NCBI GenBank assembly: GCA_964658305.1
Contig: OZ210885.1
Coordinates: 23,684,001-23,748,000 of the forward strand
Length of the DNA stretch: 64,000 nucleotides
From: Leptogorgia sarmentosa
Lineage: Eukaryota
Direction: 5' to 3'
Shown here: piece after piece, positions 24,675 to 36,212 of the stretch
How positions within the stretch are numbered: position 1 is the stretch's first letter
How the letters are laid out: every line of letters begins with the position of its first letter
Position numbers and translations under genes: made by a program
Notes under the pieces: model-generated
The model's input: only the letters and a program-made list of their open reading frames with translations
Told to the model about the DNA's origin: nothing
Database searches by the model: none

Positions 24675-25079
24675 GGCCGTTTTTATACTATAAGACGGAT
24701 AATGCGTCTGGACGTATATTCTCGATCGTTTTACTGCTTTCCTAGTGGTCGTTTTATTACTTTGACTCTTTTGACAACTTTTGTTTCGTTCCGCCATTTT
24801 GGTATGATACCGCTGCCCATTTGTAACGCTTTAATTTTAAATTAGCAACTTCTCTTAATATGTCCGTCGATGCAGGTCTTTATGCTTGCAGACATATTAC
24901 CCGACACGACGATTTAATGGAGTTAATTCGTCTAGCAAGACGAACTAATGACTAAGTTCGTCTAGTCAGATAATGCGTCTTATGTCCGACTTTATGCTTG
25001 AGACGAATTATGCGACGAAAGAAAAAATCTCGTCTTAAGTCGTCCAGACGAATCATCCGTCTCAAGGATAAAAACAGCC
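24675..25079. mobile_element. PIF/Harbinger-group MITE
   Basis: Imperfect TIR of about 40 bp (GGCYGTTTTTAT...AGACGGATRATKCGTCTGGACG); AAT on both flanks. Confidence 0.7.
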
Positions 25080-25286
25080 AATGTCCTGACTGTTACGAAA
25101 AAACCCAATGTTGATGTCGCAACGTGGGCATCTGAAAACAGTCATGTTGATCTAGCCCATATGACATAAGACGTGGCACATATAAATTAGCGCACAGGCG
25201 TAAAGCCGATAATACAATACAATAAGTACCACAAAGAACGTGACGAAGCACACGTTCAAAGGAATAGGGCGAGTATTATGAAAAAA

Positions 25287-26192
25287 CTACAACATAGCTA
25301 GGGCTTTTAAAATAGCCCCCCGATAGCTCCAGTACAAACAATATTCTCCCTGGGCGTTACACTGCACGCCGTCTAAAGATAATAGGGAGAAATCGGAGCG
25401 ATAAAATTCCTTGTGATCCCACAAGAAAAAACCACACTGGTCAGCAAGGACAACAACCTCGTCCCCAGGGCCTTTCTGGTGCAACGCGTGGTGGGAAGAA
25501 GGCCTTGGCAAAGGCTGGTTGTCACATGACCAAATTTTCCAAGATATTTGGAACATTTTTGCACTAAGTTATCGGCATTACGAAGAAAATTTATAAAATG
25601 CACTCTTAGTATATTGTAAGAATTTTTTTATTCCCAATAAAGTACCAGATTATTTAGTGAAAAAATTTTCCAAATATGTTGGAAAATTTGGTCATGTGAC
25701 AACCAGCCTTTGCCAGGGCCTTCTTCCCACCACGCGTTGCACCAGAAAGGCCCTGGGGACGAGGTTGCAAGGACAACCGATAGACATTGTCGCAAAATTG
25801 CGGCTTTGGCATTAAAATCACCATCAGGTTTGTGGAGTGTTACGGTTTATGACTTGACACACCCCAACAACGTGAACCTTATATTGATCGCAAAGAACTT
25901 GCACAAGGTTGTCAATTTTAGACCCCACTACCTCAGGGCGTAGAGTAGAAAGATCATTGGTTCCTACTTCGAGTATAACAATATCTGGCTTATACTTAGA
26001 AACCCAAGAAAGATCGTACTTAATTAGTTTGTCAACGGTACGACCGCCCGTACCGTACAAAGAAACATGCCCCCATTCAGGTATGTGAAAGTTCGGGGCA
26101 GCACGCGTATCAAAGCGCGCATTTAAATCGTCCTTAAGACGACGCACAAACAAATGACCCAATATAAGAATATTCGGTACACACATTGACAT
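25287..26192 (-). pseudogene. SGNH/GDSL hydrolase ORF of the Ngaro element, interrupted by a MITE and a frameshift
   Basis: ILGHLFVRR (block I, Ser lost), GTGG, PDIVILEVGTND (block III), DGVQ (block V, His lost). Removing the MITE restores VVLADQ. Confidence 0.85.
25454..25767. mobile_element. AcademH-like MITE, 314 bp
   Basis: TIR of about 95 bp starting CAACCTCGTCCCCAGGG; 9-bp TSD CAAGGACAA. Confidence 0.92.
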
Positions 26193-27639
26193 GATATTAT
26201 GAGCAATATAATAACAGAAAATTGAAATACCTTGTCAGGAATGACTTGATAAAAATTCAATTGAAAAAGCAGAATAGAAACGACTTGATTAGCGAACCTT
26301 GCGCAGCCAAAGCCAAAAGCAGAATGAGCCCAATGTGAATTCTGCCTGATGTTTAAAGTCACTCCTCTCCGTTTTCCCGCCATTACAAGCACGTGATCTA
26401 CCACTTAAAGTAATCCACTAAAATATGTTGACTATTCAATTATCTATACTTAATTAACTAATTTATATCCCTTCAGGGCAGGAAACAATAAAATCCTTAT
26501 TGGTATGCCAATAATTCCTGTATGTATGCAGAAAAAACGTAATTTTCATTAACACTTATACAATATTATGAGTGGTGAATGGCAATTTACATCGGGATCG
26601 CTTTGTGCACTTGTAATTTATTGTTCTTACCGCATCTGTCAACCAACCAAGCTTGAACTGAAGGACCTCTTTCTTAATTTTATTTTAATCTCCTGTAGAA
26701 AGATCTTGTGGAACAATGACAGACCACAAGTCAACTGCAGTCACCTTCACTGGACCAAATTCTAGTTGGGTATCCCGAAGAGGAATCTTTGTTTTGGTCA
26801 CCGCCTTGACTTGTTCACTTGGACTGATCAACCGAGATTTGGTTTTGATGATGGATGTTGGTTTAGTAGGGCTACTAATCCAAGGAAGAAGAAAAACACT
26901 ATGAAACTCAATCAACCTGGACCGGTGGTCTACTACTAACGGTAGCAAAATCGTGTTTAAGGAACAGACCTTGCTGGAGGTAGAGTGTTATTGCAATCTC
27001 CCATCGTAATTGGCACGTCCTAATACCATGCCGGAAAAAATATTTAAAACTATTGAATTTTAAACATGTTAAAGTTGAATGCAAAAATTCACATACTGTA
27101 TGTGTAAGTCATTTTTATAATTCGGAATTTTCGCTTGGTTATTGTTTATAAATTACTATTTCGAATTATAAACAGATGCAAGGCTCCGTTTACATGGTAC
27201 TGGATCCACATGGTCACGATATCAAATTGAATAGTTTCATCATAACGTTACAAAATTTAATAGCAACTAATCATAGAAAAAATGGTTAGAGTAAAAATGA
27301 CCTCAAATTGACCGAACTCGTGACTATGCTAATCCGGTACCCTGTAAAGGGTCTAAATGATACAAAAAGATTCGATGTTTCGAGCGAAGGCCTTTTGTCA
27401 CTAATTTCCGACGATGTCATCGATTTCCAAAGTTAGGTAGTGAGTAAATCCTAGCTGCTGTTTAATGTTCTGGGCTCTACCTACATTGGTCATGTTTGCA
27501 GTTTATTACGAATTACTAACGTCCTTTTGCTGCTAATAGAATTTGCTACCTTTTCCGGAAAACTGTCGTCTATTGATTGGATCTTCGTGACTATTTCATT
27601 TGTATGGCCTTTTCCAGTGTTTTTTGTGTGATCTTTTCT

Positions 27640-29790
27640 GTTCCTATGAAGAGGGTAGCTTTTTATGGAAAACCTGATGGTATTGCACACTCGTAACTTT
27701 TAAATGCTTCTTTCTCGGGCTAGCACAAATCGGGAGACCTTCAACAGTTGTGCGATTTCGGCTGAGATGCTCATAGACTTTATCGGCGTATAATAACGCT
27801 TCCTGTAGATGCTCTGGATCATCAACGTTGAACACACAATCTCGAGCAATATTTAATTTCTCAATTAGGGACTTTCTATGTCATGAAGATTCCATTTGTT
27901 GAACAGCTTCACTTGAACAGTAGTAGTTTCAAATCTTGAGAGCCTGCCTTTTGGTCCATTTTTCTTTTTTCGCAGTTGGTTTTGACGTCTGTATTGGTGT
28001 CCAGTGTTATAAAAACGCTGTTCGTGTAATCGTTGGGAAGGGATGTGAATTGCCATTCCCCAAAGGTGTTAAAAACTGTGTAGAAATGTTTGCAAGGAAA
28101 CTGAGTTTTACGCCATGATTCACAACCACACATAGGAACGCTAAAATCAACTTTGTATCTTAACTTCTTGTCATTCGAACTTCGGACACAAAATTTGCCA
28201 CTGTTGTTGTTAATACATTCAACATCTTTGTTGCAGAATTCTCTAGCAGCAAAGGAACTTTTCATGCAATGCGTAATCGCCAGATTACGTAGATAGTACG
28301 GGATACTTTTGTTGTATCTTCTGTAAGCACTGCTTTGTTTGAAATTAGTGTCCATATAATGTTGGTAAGAATCCGGGAGAAAAGATTCTAACAACATTAC
28401 AGTGACGCCATAAATGGAGTTATCGATAGCTCTGGGAAGGTGGTCGTTTTTGAAGTGTTTGTTTTGAGATTCAACCCTGTTATTTGAATTGACGATGTTG
28501 ACGGCCTGTTGCTTACGAAAAACCTGAGCCCATCGTTGTTCACATTTCATCCATGTGTTTTCAACGTAGTTTTGGACGTTGGGTTTCTGGTAAACGAACG
28601 AGTTGCGAAGCTTTTGAACAGCATGCTCGTACTGTTCCTCATCTTTCGCACTTGCAACACTCTGAAGGAGATCAAGGAATATCTGCTGTTCTTTTGCACT
28701 GAGGCCATTCTTTGTTGAACGGGTCTGCCTTTGCCACGCTTGGATGCGATGAAAGTCGCAGATATAAACAGCCACATCTGTAAACAACATTTCGATGGCA
28801 TTGATTTCTGCTATGGAGAAGTCTACCATGAAATACAACAGACTCCATTCAGGGTTCCAGTCCTTTAGTGTTCCTAGTGCTTCAGCGATGGATTCACTGG
28901 CAAATAAACTCTGCTACAACATTATACCCAACGTTGGAATGGACACAAATAAAGAAGAGAGGCAATGCATACTTGGTAGCTTTATAGGTGGCATCCATCA
29001 AAACGAGTTCTGACCTGTAACGCTTAAGGAGTCACTGTTGCCATTCTTCCTGGTGAACAAATAGAAACTTTTGCTCGGTCTCCAGCGCGCATCCATTTGC
29101 GTCATCTTTTCCCGTTGGGCGGTAGAAAACATTAAAATTTCTGCTGGCTTTCCAAGACTCAACCTTATGCCTGAGTGATTCCTGGTCATCTTTGCAATAT
29201 TTTTGTGCAGCAATAGCTCTTGCGATGTGATTGCGAAGGTCGTGTTTCGTAGGATAATATTTTCGGCAGCTGATTTTAGGTCGTTCTTCCACAGTCATGT
29301 TGGCTAAAATTTCCTTTTCAACGTACTCGTTTACATGCCTCAACTTATAACAGTAACTTTGGATGCATGTGATACTGATATTTGGATTTCTTCGCATTCC
29401 CAATGTCTTAATTTTTGGGGGGTTTTCTCCCCACAGCAAGGGCAAACCCGCAATAAGGAAAACCCTGCGGTAATGCGGGCCTGAATATTTTTAACTCAAA
29501 CTTGCGTGTATGGCGTATTACTACTGGTTTTAAACATTTTTCACTAATCTACATCAGGCTTATAAAAGTACTTACCGGTAGTAGAAAATCGTTTATGCTC
29601 CTTGCTTTTGTCGTGTGTTTGTGAGTGAATGAATGAAGTTGAAGATATTAATAGATAACTTTCCGATACTTTCTCTAATGCTTTCGCATTTCCTTCAAAT
29701 ACAGCGTACAAGTAGCCTTCTCGTTCATTGATACTCTCAAAATTTTCATTGCCAAAACTTATTTCCTTGTTCTTTAAATCGATTGCCATC
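27640..29790 (-). pseudogene. MULE/Mutator transposase with SWIM finger, decayed
   Basis: LMDATYKATKYALPLF region near 28960-29010, MVDFSIAEINA, ICDFHRIQAW, and SWIM CGCESWRKTQFPCKH. Probable 5' exon at 29575-29790. Confidence 0.88.
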
Positions 29791-30239
29791 ACAGAATAAA
29801 CCGCTTGTCGTGTTATGTATTTACATCTTTCCCGCCAATTTGTATTTCCGGCGTAGACGATTACACAACTTCTCTGTCCGCCCGTGGAAAATATATACGA
29901 TATATGGGAATACGATATATAATAACACGGGCGGAAAGGGAGGTTTATATTATCGACGGAAAAATTCATCCAAATTTTAATGCCCTCATGAAAACTTTTT
30001 GATTTAAAATTTTGGATGCGGGCAGAAGGCAGACACGTATTGAAATTATTGATATCGGCAAATGATACATAGGCAAGTCTTATTGACAAATGACAATGTT
30101 ATGTACATAACTACAAATATTTATATGACCAAACATCATATATTAAAACATGTTCATTCGTTTATAAAATGCATGCTTATGCATATATTCTGCGGGAATC
30201 ACTAATTTTAGTTTGATGACAAGATTGCCTCCAAAGCAT

Positions 30240-31684
30240 GAATGTTTATAATTGTACTCCTGAAGTATCCGATGTAATTTTACTAATGAAACTGCTGATG
30301 TATTGCTGGCTCAACCTCTCTCAGAATTCTGCAGATTTGGCTTCTGGCATTTCCTGTGTTGTTGGTTTGTCTAAGTCTTTTAGTGCTTTCCGTAGCATTG
30401 TATCAACTTGGTCACTAACTTTCCTAGCTCTGCTCACCGGTCTTTTTTCATGAGAACATACAACACCGTCCAATGTTTTTCTTTTCTTGACAGATGGTGT
30501 TTGTTCATCTTTGATTGTAACTACAGGTTGCTCTGGCAACAAAGATGAATCTGCTGTTGATCCTAAACCAAGTTTCACATTGCTAACTGTATCTTGATTT
30601 GCAATTTTATCCTGCAGAAGTTTTCAAAATACTTGCATGTCGAAGTTTTACATGCAGCTGCGCCAGATCTCATTTCCCTGTTTCACTTGTCGAGACATCG
30701 TTTCAAATTGTCTTTTAAATACTTCCACTGAAGCCAATTGAAGACAAGCTTCAGCATGTGTTAGGGAGAAAGAAACCTTCTGGAAAACCTTTTCAGGCTG
30801 TGCAGGCCGAGTAAATATACTTATACACAACATGTTTTCACTTTTTAAGAATATAGTGTTCACAAAAGGTAAAAATCTGACCTGCATAACAAGAACAGAA
30901 ACACAACAAAAACAGTAATATCAGGCGGCAACATTGAGTTTGTGGAAAATTTAAATGAAAGACCCCCTCCCTTGTTGGAAATGTAGACCCCTCAGTAGTA
31001 GTTTTAGGGGTTTAATCACTATTGACAGTACAAATAATCATATACACAAACTAACAATCTTTGCTAAATTTTTGAGCAATCTGTTCCCATGCAATTTTCT
31101 TTCTGTTCGCTTCTTTGTAAACCCTCAACGAGGTGTTCCACAAGCAAGGACGACTTATGACTTCCTCTATCAAACGCTCGGCAGTGTATTCCTCGAGAAA
31201 TGCTTCTCCTGGTTCTCCATCATCATCAACATCTATTGCTTTTTTACCTGACACAGTATATTCTATCACACTGACACCAACTGCATTATTATAAATACAA
31301 ACATATAAAATTAAAATCAACAAACCTCTGAGTTGACTGTCTGAGTCGTGACGAGTTTTAATACATGCCAAAAAGTCAAAAACATTAAATAATTACACCA
31401 AATCAGTTCATATAGAGCTAAGCATTTGCTATCAGTGGAATGTCAAACTTCAAAAGAGTCTTAATATACGGTATAAATTTTCACGACATACCTTCACTTG
31501 ACGAACTACTTGCAGAAATTTGTTGACTTGGTTCTGGTTCATGTATTATGCTTTATGGTTGACTTCGGGAAGATTTTAAGTCTATGGTATAGATATTTCT
31601 TTGACCTGTCCCTTTTTTTTGGTTTAATAGCATGGTTTTACATCCTTCTGTACCGCATACAATTCTTTTAGCATTGTCAGACAT
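30240..31684 (-). pseudogene. Spliced MADF (Myb/SANT-like) domain gene, probably transposon-derived and damaged
   Basis: LIEEVISRPCLWN...YKEANRKKIAWEQIA MADF motif at 31057-31247. Flanking exon-like pieces at 31684-31492 and 30612-30240 contain in-frame stops. Confidence 0.65.
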
Positions 31685-32439
31685 TTTTCTTTTGAAACCA
31701 CAGCAATGCAGGAAGGTGTCTTCAAGATGCAATGTGATTAGTTGAAATAATTTTCCATCCCTCGCAAAGCGGGAAAATAGAACAAAGCTCAACTTTTTTT
31801 TGTGCGCTTGAAGGAACTTGGAGGAAACCTTGGAGGAAACTTCTGCCTGCTGACGCATACAAAATTACCATATGCGCATGCACAGATCAAAATCCGACAA
31901 ATTATTAAAATGAACGACCTTCCCTCTTAAAAGGCCTCAAGCTTCTCAAATCTCGCCTTATTACCTTCTCGTCATCAGCTGGTGATTTATGAGAATACAC
32001 ACTAGACTGTGGATGGATGTTCACCTGTTGCTTGAATGTCTCGACTATGTGAGGGAAGTTGATATTGGGAAGTGGAAGTTTTGTTGATTGTTATAGCGCA
32101 TGCGTAGGAATCGGTTTTACCGAACACATGTAAGGGATTATGTCGGGGTTTTATGTTGTTGTCTGTAATAAAGTTTAATCTGCAAGCCAAACTAGCGAAG
32201 AGTAGAGTCAACTGTGAGTCTGAGAGCAACGAGAAATTCTAAATATCTAACAGACTATCTTAACTCCCCCTGTCGCCTTACTGGCCCGTGTGATTGCCTT
32301 TTCGGTCTTGTTCGCACACATAGACTTTACCAGTTTCTTAATTTCAGAATTTCTGTTCTCCTGAAACAGGTCTATCTCTATGTTAGACAATTTTTGACTC
32401 CTTGTAATTTGTCGATAAATAAGCCATTTTAAACGTTGA

Positions 32440-32684
32440 AATCCAGCGCAGTTCAGAGAGTGTCTGGGCCATAACCTGTTCAATTTATTTTACTTGCTAA
32501 AATGCCATACAACAGGAACCATACAAAAAATAATGAATGCCCCGAGTAAAAACGTTACACAAACGTTCAAAGCATGTGCCTGCAATAACAATGCAGTTAC
32601 AAACATTAACCCAGCTAACCCAAATGATCTAATGTCAAATTGTTTGTTCTTTAAGATATAAACTGTTGAGTGCTATTTACAACA
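32440..32684 (-). mobile_element. Copia LTR plus primer-binding-site remnant
   Basis: TGTT...AACA segment 32477-32684 followed on the minus strand by GGTTATGGCCCAG, one base short of the PBS seen at 59764-59777. Confidence 0.6.
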
Positions 32685-33868
32685 TGTTGTTCCCAACACC
32701 ACCTTTCCAGTTGACTGTAGCAGCAGCCCATTTGCAACGATGAGCCTCTGCTTTGGATAGGAGTACTTTGCACTGCAGAATATTAATGAGCATTTCTATG
32801 GCAAACTCATTAAATCCAGCAGTACAAAAGAAATGGATCAAAAGCTGCTTCCTAATAATTAAGAGGTGGTCACCATTTCCTGCAGCAACAGTATCCTTCA
32901 TGTCTGCCAGTAGCAGAAATGTCCTTAGGAAGTTGGCAGCATAGCACCAAATGCCATCAGGTGCAAGAGATGAGTTTTCTTTATCATCAGCAGCAAAAAC
33001 AAACTCATCCACAGCTAAATAGAGAGTACTCAAAACTGACATCCACTAAACAAAAACGATTTAATTTACAATTATCATAACCTAACACACCTGTACTGCT
33101 AAATTTGAAAAATATGGTAAAAAAAGACAAAAGTGTTAAAATCGTACTGTATAAACATTTTGTCTTGTTTGCTTAATACATTAACTCACTAAGCTTCAGA
33201 TTTTTGCAAATGTTTATGAATCTGTCCATACCATCATACCTTCAAAAAACTTCTCTTGGCATGCCAGTCAACAATGACAAACAGATGATCTAATCTGTGT
33301 TTTGCAGAATGGCAGCCGGCATGTAAATCTCTTGCTCCAGACAAACACACTCGAGTTAACTGGTCACCAAAGCATGATATTTTTACACCATGCAATGGAT
33401 CACTGTCAGAGAAAACAGGTGGCACATGTGCAGCTGGTTGGTCAGGTCTGGAATGGGCTTGGATTGGATGTGAAATGTCGTCATCAGTATCCTCTGAACA
33501 AACTCCGGCAGAAGAGTAAATGTCCTGAGTCTAGCTGATCTAGCACATCCAGTATTTTGTACCGGTTTCCGATTGCCTCCAATTCCAGAGGATTGATATC
33601 AACCAATTGGTAAATATTGCAATCCTTCAGACTTTGCTGAGGCCAGAATCGTACAATCCCCGGTTTGAAATACTGTGAATGAACGTGATTTGAACGGTGG
33701 TCAAATACTATACTTGTTGCTACATCATGAACACTTCTATTTTGAACTTCCCGCCTCATGTCATGTGCCTTTTCGTCCCAGTCAATATTGTCAAGGACAT
33801 AGACAAATTTGTATCCAGCCTTGGCCAACTCGCTTCAAGATTTGTGTGCCAATCTCATCAAGTACGGC

Positions 33869-34713
33869 CATAGGCAGCCCAGTGATCTGGGGTTTTATTA
33901 TGTTAACTAAGGTTGAATAGGGCTATTTCATCATCCTTAGTTGTTGATATACGTGTGCCGACAATACGGTCACTCGGGTATGTAATTAATAGTTATAATA
34001 ATTGACAAGGTTGGCAACTAAATTCACATTCATATACACATGCCTACACACAATCGAAAAATACACAAAATACATCCAAAAATGCAATAAAACAATTACA
34101 AAATACGAAACTGGGATAATTTTTCTACATTATTGCCAAGTTTGGTGAATATACGTCGCTTCTAAAGCATTTAAGATACGGAATGTTTTTCATATTTTCT
34201 TCAAAATTTTTGTGAGACCATGCTGGATGCCAGGTCTGCGATATTCAAATGACGAATTCGCAAACTCATTGGCTGCTCGGGAAAATGCGTTGAAGATGCA
34301 CGTTTGTTTTTCCTGAGCAACCAATGAGTTTGCGAATTCGTCATTTGAATATCGCAGACCTGGCATCCAGCATGGTCTCGCAAAAATTTTGAAGAAAATA
34401 TGAAAAATATTCCGTATTTTAAATGCTTTATAAGCGACGTATGTTCACCAAACTTGGCAATAATGTAGAAAAATTATCCTAGTTTCATATTTTGTAATTC
34501 TTTTATTGCATTCTTGGATGTATTTTGTGTATTTTCCGATTGTGTGTAGGCATGCGTATATGAATGTGAATTTAGTTGCCAACCTTATCAATTATTATAA
34601 CTATCAATTACATAAGCGAGTGACCGTATTGTCGGTGCACGCATATAAACAACTAATAGCCCTATTCAACCTTAGTTAACATAATAAAACCCCAGATCAC
34701 TGGGCCACCTATC
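33869..34713. mobile_element. 845-bp foldback element (P-like termini)
   Basis: Imperfect inverted arms of about 410 bp around a ~20-nt centre; ends CATAGG...CCTATC; flanks GTACGGC / GTACAGC. Removal restores MKYAVLDEIG. Confidence 0.85.
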
Positions 34714-35627
34714 GTACAGCATACTTCATTTTGGATTCAAGGCATATACCGTACTTATGAAGATGGGTAAAAAGCTAAAAAATTCAATAGCACATGAGAA
34801 CAAAATAACTTAACTCTCACCTCATAAGAAGCTTGAATGGTTTATTTAATTTTATAGATTTTATTAAGTTTAAAAATCCAAAAACATAAAATTGGTGCAA
34901 CTATAGCAACACTATATTAAAATATAGTTATGTGGGTAAGGGAGCAGAGATTCAACTTAGACTAACTATAATGAATGAAATAATTAGCCAGTCATGGTCA
35001 CATGATACTTGGTTGGTCGAACCATAATTCAAACAGAATGGTATATTTATTCAAAACATATTTTGTCACAACTTCGGAACATTATCAGCAGTATTACATA
35101 TGTTTGAGTGTTTACCCCTATAGGAGTTCGTGACGTCAAAATACCTCATATTCGTTCTCGAAACACAGCCACCCAGAAATTTTACGCTTATATAGCGCGC
35201 TGCTATGCAATGTAGACACAAAAAGGCGCGACTCGTAGTTTGCACACTAGTCTAGATTTGTTATGATTACCTTGGCAATGTTACAAATAAATTTTGTTAT
35301 TTGTAGTGATTTGCACCCATGGTGGGTTCTGTAATATAGTTAATTATTATGTTGTTACATAACAGACCGAGTATGAGGTCTGGGACGACAAGGACCGAGC
35401 GAACAGAGTTTAGTGCATGCTTGCATATATACGCACGAGTTATAATAAAGGGGTTTTTTTAATACAAAAGATATTACATCTGGCGACGAGGAAACACGAT
35501 CGAGACCCGCCATTACACAAGCACCGAAGTCAATCAATCGACGTTTGACCGAAACAACACATCAACTAGAGTTTAGAGTAAAGAACTTAACGTGTCGCGA
35601 ACATACCGCCAATTTCCAGTACAACTA

Positions 35628-36092
35628 ATGGCTTCGCTACCAGACTTTCCACCGTTTAATGTACACGAGGACACTAATGCCGGCCCAAGATGGAAAAAAT
35701 GGCTCACGAGATTCGAGCGGCTGCTTTGTGGACTTAATATCACAGCAGACAAACGCAAAACGGCTTTGCTGTTGCACTACGCTGGGCCTGACGTTGATGA
35801 TATCTACGATACTTTGCCCACCGCCACTGGCAGCAACGAAGACTACAGAGCCGTAGTAGAAAAACTCAACCAGTACTTCTCACCTCAAACCAATGTGGCT
35901 TTCGAAGTTTTTAACTTTCGCCAAGCGAAACAGAAACCCGACGAGTCCCTTGATTCTTACCACACACGATTACGCCATCTTTCTCAAACGTGCGAATTTA
36001 GCGACCCCGCCAAAGAGATCAAAGACCACATCATTTTGACTTGCACATCCAACTCTCTGCGTCGACGCGCCCTTCGTGACAGAACCTTCTGA
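35628..36092 (+). pseudogene. Gypsy gag N-terminal part, frameshifted
   Basis: RWKKWLTRFE..LLLHYAG..FRQAKQKPDESLDSYHTRLRHLSQTCEF; the frame breaks before the zinc knuckle. Confidence 0.88.
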
Positions 36093-36212
36093 AGACCGGC
36101 AGAGCCATCGAAATAAGCGAAAGACAAGCCAGCCAAGTTGAACAGCAAGAATTCTCGAATGTAAATTCGCTTAGCGACGGAATTCCACAACACCCAAACA
36201 AGGAATCCATGT

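Larger units (their letters stand above)
16088..26519 (-). mobile_element. Ngaro-type tyrosine-recombinase retrotransposon with split direct repeats A1-ORFs-B1-A2-B2
   Basis: A1 26276-26519 matches A2 18752-18995. B1 18995-19233 matches B2 16088-16186 plus 18534-18679. Carries gag, RT/RNase H, YR and SGNH ORFs, and no methyltransferase. Confidence 0.93.
32220..34830 (-). pseudogene. AcademH-type transposase remnants
   Basis: VLDNID, FGDQLTRV, DWHAK, DTVAAGNGD, TVNWKG, NKTEKAITRASKA motifs; interrupted by a Copia LTR remnant and a foldback element. Confidence 0.8.

Noticed and set aside
26520..27030. Short ORFs right of the Ngaro element
   Set aside because: No recognisable motif or supported exon structure.
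27181..27357. Possible small Harbinger-like MITE
   Set aside because: The inverted ends are weak and no TSD could be fixed.
27371..27402. Hammerhead-like remnant on the minus strand (GTGACAA...GCTCGAAACATC)
   Set aside because: The CTGANGA core is not intact and the stems cannot be closed; at most a decayed Penelope-type end.
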